A stretch of 49,952 nucleotides of DNA from a bacterium (GCA_037139335.1 JBAXGO010000003.1:1-49952), one strand, 5' to 3'. Positions 38,713-48,560 are shown, counted from the stretch's first letter. Numbers and translations are program-made. Notes: generated by a model not told the origin, from the sequence alone.

Positions 38713-39273
38713 TCAGGCCTCGTCGTCCACAACTGGCCTTGTTCTTTTTGTCTTCAAAGGTTTGACAGTGGCTGTTATGGAATGTCCTTCTTGCTTTACA
38801 GCACCTTCTAATTCGCCATATTCGTATATATCGTCAAGCACTCTTGTCATAACATTTCTGCTATTTTCAATCTTTATTCTACCTGGTGTTCTAACAGTAA
38901 TTTTAACAAGATGTTTCTCAATTAGAAATTCTTTTATTCTTTTTGTTTTATGATCTCTATCGTTGTCTCCAATAAGAGCTCCCAAACGAATTTCCTTCAT
39001 TTGTGTCTTCGCCGTTGTTTGCTTGGATTTTTTGGAGTAGTCATATTTAAATTTAGACCAAGAAATTATTTTGCAAACTGGCGGTACAGCTGATGGGGCA
39101 ACTTCTACTAAGTCCATTTCTGCCTCCCTTGCCATCTGCATAGCCTTATCCAAAGGAACTACCCCTGCAGGTTCTCCTTCGGCGTCAACTAATCTAACTT
39201 CTTTTGCTGTTATAGCTTCGTTTCTTCTATATTTAGAAGCTAACGGATCCACGATTTGTCTTTTTGGTTTCAA
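38713..39273 (-). CDS. infC: Translation initiation factor IF-3 (non-ATG start)
   Basis: RNEAI.A.EVRLV, DLVEVA..A.PPVCKI..W.KFKY, MKEIRL; in-frame starts are only TTG 39273 or ATA 39279. Confidence 0.95.
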   Translation of the reverse strand: MKPKRQIVDPLASKYRRNEAITAKEVRLVDAEGEPAGVVPLDKAMQMAREAEMDLVEVAPSAVPPVCKIISWSKFKYDYSKKSKQTTAKTQMKEIRLGALIGDNDRDHKTKRIKEFLIEKHLVKITVRTPGRIKIENSRNVMTRVLDDIYEYGELEGAVKQEGHSITATVKPLKTKRTRPVVDDEA

Positions 39274-39350
39274 ATTTATGTAATAATATTAAATAACAGC
39301 TAATAATACCATATGTAAAGGCTCCCTTTCAATAAAATCAGTAAGGATGC

Positions 39351-40523
39351 TTGTTATTGTATTTTCTATGGTATAATCGTTTTGATAATATTTTATCAGA
39401 ACAAAAATTGGAAAAAGGTAATCCTGAAGTGCTATCAAGATTGACAGGCAAAAAAATTGGTGATGTATATTTTGCTGACATTGCGGATATTCATACTTTT
39501 TTATCTTCGACCGGAGATTGTAGAGATAGTTTGGTCATAAATAAATATAAAGATGTTCTCGTAAAACACGAAGACGAGATTGTTTATTTGATGACACATG
39601 AAATCGGTAAACCAATTAGTCAATGCAGAGAAGAAATACACGAAAGTATTGAGTATTTAAATGCTCATGAGTATGATAACGTTTCAGAAGATAAACTGGA
39701 AAGTGCTTTAATTTTAGGCTCTATTTCGAATCCTGTATTTCAACTCACTATTAGTTTATGTAAGAATCTCAATTTATATAAAAAAATAGTATTTAAATCT
39801 TCTTCAAAAACAGCTACCACTACAACATATATATTCAAAAAATTAGTCCAAGATCCAGAAATACTAGAAAGAGTACTGGTAGTTTCTTTGTCAAAATTGA
39901 CGTTGGATGATTTATTAGGAAAGCATAAATTTGATATCATTTACAAATATTCAAGAGGTGGCGTCTATAATAGTGGCTCTCAAATAGTAGATTATAGCGA
40001 AAAAGATAGGGTGTTATTTTTTAGCGAAGAAGGAGATGTTGATATTGCTTCGGGTCAAATTGTTGAAAATATATTTGATTTTGAAAAATTTAATAAATCC
40101 AAGATACAGCATATATTTGTACAAAATGATTCATTTTATGCTTTTTATAAGAGGCTGGTATTTAAGATTGAAAATAATTTAAAGGCAGGTAAGGCAGACG
40201 ATCCCTCAGTAAATTTTTCTGATACTTTTAAAAGATATAAAAGACAAGATTTAAAGGAATTATTATTAGAAATGGTATCTTTTGGTGCTGATATTCTAAC
40301 GGGTAGTATTGGAGATGAAATAAATTCACCAATATTGATTAAATTTAATCCAAGTCTAGAAAAATACTACAAAAAAAATATATGGGCTCCAATAATTTTT
40401 ATTATTCCATATAAGGATCTTTCGGAATTGTCTAAATTAATAGAACCTTTTCATGAATTAACTCCTATTTACTATATAAATGAAGAGGGAAAAAACGCAA
40501 TAAACAATATTATTCAGAAGTGA
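39351..40523 (+). CDS. Degenerate aldehyde dehydrogenase-fold protein (start uncertain)
   Basis: LMTHEIGKPI..EI, VFKSS, GKADDP, IWAPII keep ALDH order, but PWNFP, FTGS, ELGG and the catalytic Cys are not recognisable. Confidence 0.6.
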   Translation: MLLYFLWYNRFDNILSEQKLEKGNPEVLSRLTGKKIGDVYFADIADIHTFLSSTGDCRDSLVINKYKDVLVKHEDEIVYLMTHEIGKPISQCREEIHESIEYLNAHEYDNVSEDKLESALILGSISNPVFQLTISLCKNLNLYKKIVFKSSSKTATTTTYIFKKLVQDPEILERVLVVSLSKLTLDDLLGKHKFDIIYKYSRGGVYNSGSQIVDYSEKDRVLFFSEEGDVDIASGQIVENIFDFEKFNKSKIQHIFVQNDSFYAFYKRLVFKIENNLKAGKADDPSVNFSDTFKRYKRQDLKELLLEMVSFGADILTGSIGDEINSPILIKFNPSLEKYYKKNIWAPIIFIIPYKDLSELSKLIEPFHELTPIYYINEEGKNAINNIIQK

Positions 40524-40546
40524 TAAGACATTAATTAACCTAATAA

Positions 40547-41137
40547 TTAGTCTCCGTAAAATAATGTGTATTTTACTTTATTAACGTTAATTTCTGCTGT
40601 GTTTGTATCAGTTGATACTGTAAGTATAATTTTCCCTCCTGATTTGGTATATGCAATGTTGTAATTCTTTCCAACGTTCTTGGTATTACAATTGTTGGCC
40701 GACCATCCGTCTTTTACTAATTCTTCGGAAATATTAACTTGGAGGCTTTCAAGTGCGTTCAATTCTGGTGTTTCAATCATCATGCCAGATATATTTGTTT
40801 CATTATTGCAATCGCTCCATTTGAAGGTGGCCTGGCTTGGATCTGTCCATTGGGTTATTTTTTTCAAACTTTCTATAGGAATTGAAATAGGGGATATAGT
40901 AGTCGAAATATTTTTTGTCGGGGCTATTGTTGATGGTGAAATACTGTTTGTTATCTCTATTGTTTTTTCCATTATTTTTGTGGTGGTTACATTCAAGTAG
41001 CTGGCAGAGGTCTTTGTTTCGATAACTGTTGTCTTATTCAGATTAACAACGTTAAATGTTGCTAATGCCGCAATAATAGCTAAAACACCTATTAATAAAG
41101 ATAGTGAAATTATAATACCTAGTTTAATAAGTTTCAT
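40547..41137 (-). CDS. Membrane-anchored protein with Thr/Ser-rich linker and small exported domain
   Basis: N-terminal hydrophobic helix, T/S/P-rich stretch, two Cys in the C-terminal domain. Confidence 0.65.
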   Translation of the reverse strand: MKLIKLGIIISLSLLIGVLAIIAALATFNVVNLNKTTVIETKTSASYLNVTTTKIMEKTIEITNSISPSTIAPTKNISTTISPISIPIESLKKITQWTDPSQATFKWSDCNNETNISGMMIETPELNALESLQVNISEELVKDGWSANNCNTKNVGKNYNIAYTKSGGKIILTVSTDTNTAEINVNKVKYTLFYGD

Positions 41138-41196
41138 ATAGTTTATATTTTATGTCTTATTATACCATTGGAATTGGATTGGTGGCTTATTAAAAA

Positions 41197-41216
41197 GGGA
41201 AGGCGTTAACCTTCCC
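41197..41216 (-). terminator. Terminator of dnaK
   Basis: Minus strand GGGAAGG-ttaacg-CCTTCCC followed by TTTTT. Confidence 0.85.
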
Positions 41217-41224
41217 GTATAAAT

Positions 41225-43090
41225 TTATTCTGCGGTATCAGGTTCTTTAGCTTCTTGTTGTTCTGGTGCTTCTTCAGGCTTTTTAGCATCATTGGCTTTT
41301 TGAAGCATTTCGAGATTCTTATCCTTCATTTCTTGGCTTTTTGCACGTATATCGTCAAGTAGTGCTACAGAGTCTGCTAGAACTTTTTCGGCTTCTTCCC
41401 TTTTATCACTTAGACTTTTTTTATCCTCTTCTGATAATAATGTGACATGTTCATCAATAATCTTTCTGGATTCATTAATTTGCTGCTCAAGGTCATTCTT
41501 AGCCTCTGCAAGGTCTTTCTTAGTCTTATCTTCAGTAGCATGCATTTCTGCATCTTTTATTAATTTATCGACTTCTTCATCGCTTAAATTGCTAGATGCA
41601 TGGATGGTAATATCTTTTGTCTTATTATTTTTTTTATCCTTTGCTGTAACCTTCAAAATACCGTTAGCATCAATGTCAAAAGTTACTTCAATTTGAGGAA
41701 CTCCTCTTGGTGCAGAATCGATTCCTTCCAATGTAAATGTACCTAATATTTTATTATCTTCAAACATTGGTCTTTCTCCCTGAGCTATTCTGATATCGAC
41801 AGCTGGCTGGTTGTTCGCGGCTGTTGTGAATACTTGTGATTTTGATACTGGAATTGTTGTATTTCTTTCAATCATCTTCGTTAAAATTTTTCCCTCAGTT
41901 TCCAATCCTATTGATAAAGGAATTACATCAAGAAGTGTTATGTCATGAACATCGCCAGTAATAACTCCGCCTTGAATTGCTGCACCTACAGCTACAACTT
42001 CATCAGGATTTACAGATAGATTTGGCTCTTTACCGAAGAAATCTTTAACAACCTGAATTACTTTTGGCATTCTTGTCATACCCCCAACCATTACTATTTC
42101 GTTAATCTCAGATGAACTTTTTCCAGAATCTTTTAATGCTTTCTTTACTGGTTCCAGAGTTTCTTTTATTAAAGGCTCAACTAATTCCTCCAATTTAGCT
42201 CTAGTCATATTGATATTCAGGTGTTTTGGTCCTGATGTATCTGCTGTAATGTATGGAAGGTTAATTACTGTTTGTGAAACTGAAGATAACTCAATTTTTG
42301 CTTTTTCTCCAGCTTCTTTCAATCTCTGAAGTGCGGATGTATCTTCTCTTAGGTCAATGCTATTTGTCTTTTTGAATTCGTCAGCCAAATAATTGATTAT
42401 TACTTGGTCGAAATCATCTCCTCCTAAATGAGTGTCACCATTTGTTGCGAGGACTTCAAATATTCCATCACCTATATCTAGAATTGTAATATCAAAAGTA
42501 CCACCTCCCAGGTCGTATACTGCAATAATTTCGTTCTTCTTTTTGTCCAATCCATAAGCTAGGGATGCTGCTGTAGGTTCGTTTATTATTCTTTCTACTT
42601 CCAAACCTGCGATCTTTCCTGCATTTTTTGTAGCTTGTCTTTGACTATCATCAAAATATGCTGGTACTGTTATGACAGCCTTGTCTACCTTCTCACCTAA
42701 ATATGCCTCTGCATCTGCCTTTAATTTAGCTAAAACCATTGCTGAAATTGCTTCTGGTGCCATCCATTCTTCACCGAATTTAACTTCTATACCATCCGTT
42801 TTAGATTTTCTAACTTCATAAGGCACTAATTTGATGTCTCTTTGAACATCTGGATCTGTGAAAGTTCTACCAATAAATCTTTTTATAGAAAAAAAAGTAT
42901 TTGTAGGATTCAAAACAGATTGATTTTTCGCACTCGCTCCTACAGCACGGCTACCATCTGCAACCAAAGCTATTACAGAAGGAGTTGTGTTAGCACCTTC
43001 TCTGTTTGGTATAACTTGTGGCCCTGTGGCTGACATATATGCCATAGCACTGTTTGTGGTTCCAAGGTCAATTCCTATTATTCTTCCCAT
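41225..43090 (-). CDS. dnaK: Chaperone DnaK (Hsp70)
   Basis: [43 protein letters not shown]. Confidence 0.99.
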   Translation of the reverse strand: MGRIIGIDLGTTNSAMAYMSATGPQVIPNREGANTTPSVIALVADGSRAVGASAKNQSVLNPTNTFFSIKRFIGRTFTDPDVQRDIKLVPYEVRKSKTDGIEVKFGEEWMAPEAISAMVLAKLKADAEAYLGEKVDKAVITVPAYFDDSQRQATKNAGKIAGLEVERIINEPTAASLAYGLDKKKNEIIAVYDLGGGTFDITILDIGDGIFEVLATNGDTHLGGDDFDQVIINYLADEFKKTNSIDLREDTSALQRLKEAGEKAKIELSSVSQTVINLPYITADTSGPKHLNINMTRAKLEELVEPLIKETLEPVKKALKDSGKSSSEINEIVMVGGMTRMPKVIQVVKDFFGKEPNLSVNPDEVVAVGAAIQGGVITGDVHDITLLDVIPLSIGLETEGKILTKMIERNTTIPVSKSQVFTTAANNQPAVDIRIAQGERPMFEDNKILGTFTLEGIDSAPRGVPQIEVTFDIDANGILKVTAKDKKNNKTKDITIHASSNLSDEEVDKLIKDAEMHATEDKTKKDLAEAKNDLEQQINESRKIIDEHVTLLSEEDKKSLSDKREEAEKVLADSVALLDDIRAKSQEMKDKNLEMLQKANDAKKPEEAPEQQEAKEPDTAE

Positions 43091-43117
43091 AGTATTAATT
43101 TAAAATATAATAAATTT

Positions 43118-43141
43118 TCAGTTTTGATTAATCAAAACTGA
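43118..43141. repeat. Perfect 24-bp palindrome in the predicted dnaK 5' UTR
   Basis: TCAGTTTTGATTAATCAAAACTGA is its own reverse complement. Confidence 0.85.
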
Positions 43142-43152
43142 TGATTGAATCA

Positions 43153-43188
43153 TTAGCAGAGTTTAGACCAGTATGCTAAAATTTGCAA
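43153..43188 (-). promoter_or_regulatory. dnaK sigma70 promoter overlapped by a CIRCE-like inverted repeat
   Basis: Minus strand TTGCAA(43188-43183)-N17-TAAACT(43165-43160); TTAGCA-N15-TGCTAA at 43153-43179. Confidence 0.7.
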
Positions 43189-43201
43189 GCCCCAGAGGTG
43201 T

Positions 43202-43543
43202 TTGCTAATTGCTAGTTATCAAGAAAATCCACGTATTCTCGATTTGATTCAAGAATTAAAATCAAAAGGAATAAAAACAGCTGTTTGTACAAATAATTTT
43301 AAAGATCGTCTTCAGGGGCTGGTTGAAGAATTTAATTTGAATGATCGTTTTGATATTATTATTTCATCATATGAAGAGGGGATTACTAAGCCGGATGAGA
43401 GAATCTTTAGAAGACTAGTAGAAAGTTTAAATTTAAAACCAGAAGAAATATTAATAAGTGATGACCGTGAGGTTAATATTGATATGCTGAAACAAATTGG
43501 ATTTGAAGCTTTTTTGTTCACCAATCTTGATGATTTTTTTTAA
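43202..43543 (+). pseudogene. 5'-truncated HAD-family phosphatase
   Basis: Has TAVCTN, IISSYEEGITKPD and ISDDREVN (motifs II-IV) but no motif I or cap domain; frame closed by TAG at 43154; no ATG. Confidence 0.65.
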
Positions 43544-43564
43544 TATAGTTTCAAAAAAGGTATA

Positions 43565-43590
43565 AAAAAAGGAGCCTGAGGCTCCTTTTT
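43565..43590. terminator. Bidirectional intrinsic terminator
   Basis: A-run, GGAGCC-tga-GGCTCC, T-run. Confidence 0.85.
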
Positions 43591-43599
43591 AAAAAATGA

Positions 43600-44235
43600 T
43601 TACTTGGTTGTAGTGTCTTCTTTCTTTTCTTTTGTACTTTCGGCAGGTGTGAATTCAGCAGCTTCTGCTGGTTTTTCTTCCTCAACCTTCTTATGTGTAA
43701 TTGTTACAATGATTTGTGATAGAAGATTCTCATCATCTGTTGCGAATTTTACGCCTTCAGGTAACTTAATATCTTCTAATTTGATACCTTCGCCGACTTT
43801 TAGTTCTTCAATATCGACAATGATTTGTTGAGGAATATGTGTTGGTAGGGCTATTATTTCGACTTCATCTACATTTGTGACAATGATCCCACCATCTTCT
43901 TTAACTCCCTTGCTTGTTTCCTGATTGATATACTCAATTGGTACTACTGCATTTATTTCTTCTTTAAGATTTACTTCTCTTAGTGTTGTATGGATTGGTT
44001 TTCTAGTTGCAGGATCCAACTGAACATGATCTATTAAAACATTATATATTTTCTCATCTAATTCAACTTTCACAATTCCAGTATGTCCTTTTTCGTGATA
44101 ATTCTTTAGGAATTCATCAATAGGGATTTGTACTGAAATATTAGTATCTTTGTCATAAATGACAGCTGGAATCATGCCATTCAATCTCAAGTTTTTATTC
44201 TTTTTTCCGAGTATATCTCTTTTCTTTACTTTCAT
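43600..44235 (-). CDS. rplY: 50S ribosomal protein L25 (long CTC-type)
   Basis: LR.NG.IPAVIY, VQLDP, GVKEDGG, IP..I.VDIEEL.VG..I. Confidence 0.92.
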   Translation of the reverse strand: MKVKKRDILGKKNKNLRLNGMIPAVIYDKDTNISVQIPIDEFLKNYHEKGHTGIVKVELDEKIYNVLIDHVQLDPATRKPIHTTLREVNLKEEINAVVPIEYINQETSKGVKEDGGIIVTNVDEVEIIALPTHIPQQIIVDIEELKVGEGIKLEDIKLPEGVKFATDDENLLSQIIVTITHKKVEEEKPAEAAEFTPAESTKEKKEDTTTK

Positions 44236-44385
44236 ATTATTAATTATTAACTTAACGTATCTATTCTAATTCAGAATTTACTAATATTCCTCCCGAATAG
44301 TTATATATCAGATGGATTTTATCACCTAAGATGTAAATTTCAAAGTTTATGGCCAATAAATATTATAATTTAATTATTATTCACT

Positions 44386-44781
44386 TTATTGATTACTTAA
44401 AAACTTTTGCTCAAATTTAAGTAATTGTTGTTTTAAATTAATGCCGTATTTATAACCTCCAATTTTCCCATTTGATCCGACCACTCTATGACATGGAATA
44501 ACTAATGGCAGTGGATTCTTACCACATGCATTAGCAACTGCTCTGACAGCTTTTTCGCAATTCAAACTCTTTGCTATTTCTTTATAAGATTTAGTCTTTC
44601 CATATTCAATTTCAAATATTGTAATCCAGACCTTCTTTTGAAACCCAGTACCCGATATAAAATTAGGATAATCAAAGTTATGCCTTATTCCTGAGGCGTA
44701 TTCGTGTAATTGGTCTTTATACATTGGAAAATCATTGGAAATCAACTCAATAAATTCGTTAATATTCTCAATATCTTGCAT
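44386..44781 (-). CDS. ogt: Methylated-DNA--protein-cysteine methyltransferase
   Basis: GTGFQKKVW, YG.T.SY, RAVANAC.KNP..IPCHRVV. Confidence 0.93.
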   Translation of the reverse strand: MQDIENINEFIELISNDFPMYKDQLHEYASGIRHNFDYPNFISGTGFQKKVWITIFEIEYGKTKSYKEIAKSLNCEKAVRAVANACGKNPLPLVIPCHRVVGSNGKIGGYKYGINLKQQLLKFEQKFLSNQ

Positions 44782-44895
44782 ATGTAATATTATTTGTTTT
44801 TTATGAATAAAACTAAAGCAATTACTGTAAAATTAATTAACATTAAAACAATAGTTGGAACAATAATGTATTTAAATGTATTGCTTTTTAAAAAA

Positions 44896-45474
44896 TTACT
44901 CAATTATTCTTGTGGGATCACCCATTAATAAAACATGAGGAAGTATTATGGAAGACATGGCTTGTGAATCTTTCCTTTTTATCTTGTTATACCAATCTTT
45001 TTCTGAAATTACAGTATAAAAAATATCTTTTTTAAGATCGTCTTCCGCGTTTTTTACAATTGCTTCCAAAATTCTTTCGTCAGGTTCACCAATTACAATT
45101 AAATCTAAATCGTTTTCGCTAGACTCGGATAAAGTCAAAAAAGTATATGTTAGCAATATAAATGAAATATTTCCTAATTGTTTTTTGTTCTTTAAAATTT
45201 GAGCACCTAGTCCGTATTCTTTGTGCCACATCGCTCGTATTTCAGTATATGCATAATAATTAGGATTTATTGAATAACAAATTCTGTTGGATTCTCTTTG
45301 AGATTTCAATAATCCTGCCTTCTCCATGTTAATAAGTTCACGTCTAACAGCATTTACTTCATCCTTCAGTATTCTGACTAACTCCCTAATATGGTAGCTA
45401 TCTCTGGGGTGAAATATAAATTGCTTTATAATTTTTACCCTAACTTTGGATGATATAAATTTATTAATCGTCAT
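44896..45474 (-). CDS. Winged-helix plus nucleotidyltransferase-like fusion protein
   Basis: RVKIIKQF..YHIRELVR..NAVRREL..ME.AGLL wHTH; DLDLIVIG NTase-like motif. Confidence 0.7.
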   Translation of the reverse strand: MTINKFISSKVRVKIIKQFIFHPRDSYHIRELVRILKDEVNAVRRELINMEKAGLLKSQRESNRICYSINPNYYAYTEIRAMWHKEYGLGAQILKNKKQLGNISFILLTYTFLTLSESSENDLDLIVIGEPDERILEAIVKNAEDDLKKDIFYTVISEKDWYNKIKRKDSQAMSSIILPHVLLMGDPTRIIE

Positions 45475-45484
45475 ATAATGTTTT

Positions 45485-45901
45485 TTAAAAATCTAATTGT
45501 GTTATACAGTTAACGTAATGTTTCAAGTAATATTTCTTATTTTCAAAATCGTGCGTTATTACTATTACGTCAATTTGCCAATCGTTTCGAATATCAAATT
45601 TAAGTAACCAGTGTTGACAGCTACGTATCAACTTTCTTTTTTTTGATCTGGTTATTGAAGTATCGCCTGTGCCAAAAGTAAGACTATTCCTTCCTTTTAC
45701 TTCAATAAAAGTAATTACATCGTCTTTTTTGGCTATAATATCGATTTCTCCAAACCGTTTCGAAAAAAAGTTGGTTGCAATAATTAAGTATCCTTTTTTT
45801 AACAAAAAACCTTGGGCTATGGCTTCAAATTTATTTCCCTTTTTATGGTTATTTCCATTTAAAGTATGTGTTTTTTGCTGGTCTGTAGTGTTATCCATCA
45901 T
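45485..45901 (-). CDS. YraN (UPF0102) family PD-(D/E)xK nuclease-like protein
   Basis: G..FEAIA..FL..KGY, GEIDIIA, FIEVKGR, QIDVI. Confidence 0.9.
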   Translation of the reverse strand: MMDNTTDQQKTHTLNGNNHKKGNKFEAIAQGFLLKKGYLIIATNFFSKRFGEIDIIAKKDDVITFIEVKGRNSLTFGTGDTSITRSKKRKLIRSCQHWLLKFDIRNDWQIDVIVITHDFENKKYYLKHYVNCITQLDF

Positions 45902-46035
45902 TTCGACACCTAATGAAATAATTTAAGTATTTCAGTGTCAGACAACATTATACATCAATTTTTTACTTTAACCAAATACAAAGAATACTTTTTTAATTTA
46001 GTTGTATTATTTACAATACTTTTTTATAGTAGTAC

Positions 46036-46806
46036 ATGGCGTTATATAAATATAAAAAAAGAAAATCAAAGATTATTCCTCCAAAGAACGTGAAAAAACC
46101 GTTTTATTTACCTTTGGCTTTCTTTTCGGCTGGACTTTTTCTACTTGCCTATGTCGGATTTCCATATTTAAGCTTTTATACTGCTCAATTTTTCAAAGTA
46201 GATAATTATTCGAAAGAATTATTATCACCAGCGGATACTTTTTCTGTTTATGCCGCAGATAATAAAGATGCTAACAATGATTACAATAAAAACTTAGCTG
46301 CTAATATTGCTGAATTAGATAAGGAAATTAAATCCAGTTCTTCTCTGGTAGAAAATTTAACTGGAATTACAGGTAAGATGTATATAACTATAGATAAACT
46401 AGGTCTAAAAAAAATACCTATAGTTATTAATACAAACAGTGACAACGAATCTTCATACAATCCAACTCTCTCGGGAGCTATTGCTCATTTTAAGGGAACT
46501 TCATTACCTGGGCATTCTGGAAAAACATTTCTTTACGGTCATAGTGCAAGAGGTATTTTCACAGGAGGGGCTAGAACATTTAGCACTGGAATATTTACGG
46601 ATATTGATAAATTAAATCTGGGGGATGAATTTACCATAGATTTTCAAGATAAAACATATAAGTATAGTGTTTATCGTGTTAAACTCGTGAATGTAGACGA
46701 TGTGTCTGCTATATACGGAGAAAAGAGAAGCTCAGTTAGTCTTATGACATGCAAACCTGACGGAATAGGTTCGCAGAGACTAATTGTTGAAGCATATGAA
46801 GAATAA
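46036..46806 (+). CDS. Sortase
   Basis: N-terminal TM, AHFKGTSLPG..G.TFLYGHS (His), LMTC (Cys), RLIV (Arg). Confidence 0.9.
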   Translation: MALYKYKKRKSKIIPPKNVKKPFYLPLAFFSAGLFLLAYVGFPYLSFYTAQFFKVDNYSKELLSPADTFSVYAADNKDANNDYNKNLAANIAELDKEIKSSSSLVENLTGITGKMYITIDKLGLKKIPIVINTNSDNESSYNPTLSGAIAHFKGTSLPGHSGKTFLYGHSARGIFTGGARTFSTGIFTDIDKLNLGDEFTIDFQDKTYKYSVYRVKLVNVDDVSAIYGEKRSSVSLMTCKPDGIGSQRLIVEAYEE

Positions 46807-46848
46807 TCTTTTTTAGTATAAAATCCTATTATCCTTGAATTCATCTTA

Positions 46849-48192
46849 ATGTTAAAAAAGTTTTTTTCAAAACATGATATATATCTTTCTGGATTGCTAG
46901 TGGCTTTATTGCTTCTTGGTCTTTTTACGCTATATTCCACAACAAGTGGTACAGGAGCAGAAAACGAATCCTATTTTATTAAACAAACAGTTTATGCCTC
47001 CATTGGAATATTTTTTTATGTAATTATTAGTTTTGCAAGGCTTGATTGGTTAAAGGAAAAATGGTTCCAGATCTTGATGTATGTAGTTTTAGTAATTCTA
47101 TTAGTTGCAGTGCTACTTTTCACTGCAAAAGTAAAAGGAGCCTCCAGGTGGTTTGTAATGCCAATTCCGTTTTTCGGCAGTATTAATATACAGCCAGCAG
47201 ATATTGCAAAATTAATTGTGATAATAAACGGAGCTTTCATTCTTACTCAATGGAAAAAATTATCAATTAGATTTAAATCTTCAATTCTAAAAAATGAATT
47301 AACACCATATTTATTATTCTTATTACCAATCTTGGTTTTAATCCTTATACAACCTGCATTAGGAACTACTATTATCGTATCGTTATGTTTACTTTTTATG
47401 TTTTATTTCTCCCGAAAAACTAAAAATCAAATATTGGGTTATTTTGCTGTCTTTTTCATAGTTCTATTTTTTTGGATATTTTTGAAAGATCAACGTATTT
47501 CAGTAAAACTTATTATTAGTTTTATAGTTTCTTTCTTATCAATAATTTTATTATTCAAAAAGTCATCGAAAGTAATACTTACGCTAGTTTTTGTCTTTAG
47601 TTCTCTTTTTGTCTTCATGATCGGAAGACCAGAAAGCATAAATTTATTAGGTGAATATCAGAAAGATAGGGTAGACTGCTGGATTTTACCCGAAAAAGAT
47701 CCTACTGGAAAGTGTTTTCAACAAATTCAAGCGAAAATAGCAATTGGTTCAGGTGAATTATTTGGTAGAGGTTTTTCTCAGGGACTGCAAGTTCAAAGGC
47801 AAAGTCTTCCAGAATTCCAAAATGATTTTATATACGCAGCCTTTGCTGAGCAATATGGATTTATTGGAACTCTTGTAATATTGGCTATGTTCTTTTTATT
47901 TATTTCAGAAATATTTCGTCTTTCTACATATCAAAAAAGCGAGTTTTCAAGAATAGTAATTTTGGGTATAGGTATGATGTTTCTCCTGCAAGTCTTTATC
48001 AACATTTCTATGAATAATGGTTTATTACCTACGACGGGAATTTCTCTACCTTTTATGAGCTATGGTGGTAGCTTTATGTGGATATCGCTTGTAGGTGTAG
48101 GTATTGTTCAGAATTTATCACATAGTAAAATCCTATCCGAAAGTGAAGATGCAAAATATTCTAAATGGGATGAAGATGAATATATTGATTGA
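46849..48192 (+). CDS. FtsW/RodA/SpoVE (SEDS) family protein
   Basis: GASRW, IQPADIAK, YQKDRV, Q..IAIGSG..FGRG, LPE..NDF, P.TGISLPFMSYGGS. Confidence 0.93.
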   Translation: MLKKFFSKHDIYLSGLLVALLLLGLFTLYSTTSGTGAENESYFIKQTVYASIGIFFYVIISFARLDWLKEKWFQILMYVVLVILLVAVLLFTAKVKGASRWFVMPIPFFGSINIQPADIAKLIVIINGAFILTQWKKLSIRFKSSILKNELTPYLLFLLPILVLILIQPALGTTIIVSLCLLFMFYFSRKTKNQILGYFAVFFIVLFFWIFLKDQRISVKLIISFIVSFLSIILLFKKSSKVILTLVFVFSSLFVFMIGRPESINLLGEYQKDRVDCWILPEKDPTGKCFQQIQAKIAIGSGELFGRGFSQGLQVQRQSLPEFQNDFIYAAFAEQYGFIGTLVILAMFFLFISEIFRLSTYQKSEFSRIVILGIGMMFLLQVFINISMNNGLLPTTGISLPFMSYGGSFMWISLVGVGIVQNLSHSKILSESEDAKYSKWDEDEYID

Positions 48193-48194
48193 AC

Positions 48195-48560
48195 TTACTT
48201 TTTTCTACTTAATAAAGACATTAAATCAGCACTATTATTAACCTTTTCTAGTGTTATATGAAAGTCAATTAAGTCGTCCATCGATACTACTGGACCGCCA
48301 AGTTTATCTAATTCAGTTTCTCTCAAATCAGATGCATATTGCTGCATTGTGAAACCGGCTGAATTATAACTAAATGTTATGAAGTGTCCGTTTTTACATG
48401 AAGAGCAATTAATATGAAGAACAATTATATCTGATGTCCTTCGAATTATTTTTATATTTTCTGAAGACCTTTTCGCACCACAAATATTACAGAAGTTACC
48501 CCACTGAGTTAAAACTGCATTTATTATATTATTGTCTTCGGCTTGATTGTCTTTAGGCAT
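48195..48560 (-). CDS. Small zinc-ribbon hypothetical protein
   Basis: FCNICG and INCSSCK Cys pairs; C-terminal VSMDDLIDFH. Confidence 0.65.
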   Translation of the reverse strand: MPKDNQAEDNNIINAVLTQWGNFCNICGAKRSSENIKIIRRTSDIIVLHINCSSCKNGHFITFSYNSAGFTMQQYASDLRETELDKLGGPVVSMDDLIDFHITLEKVNNSADLMSLLSRKK

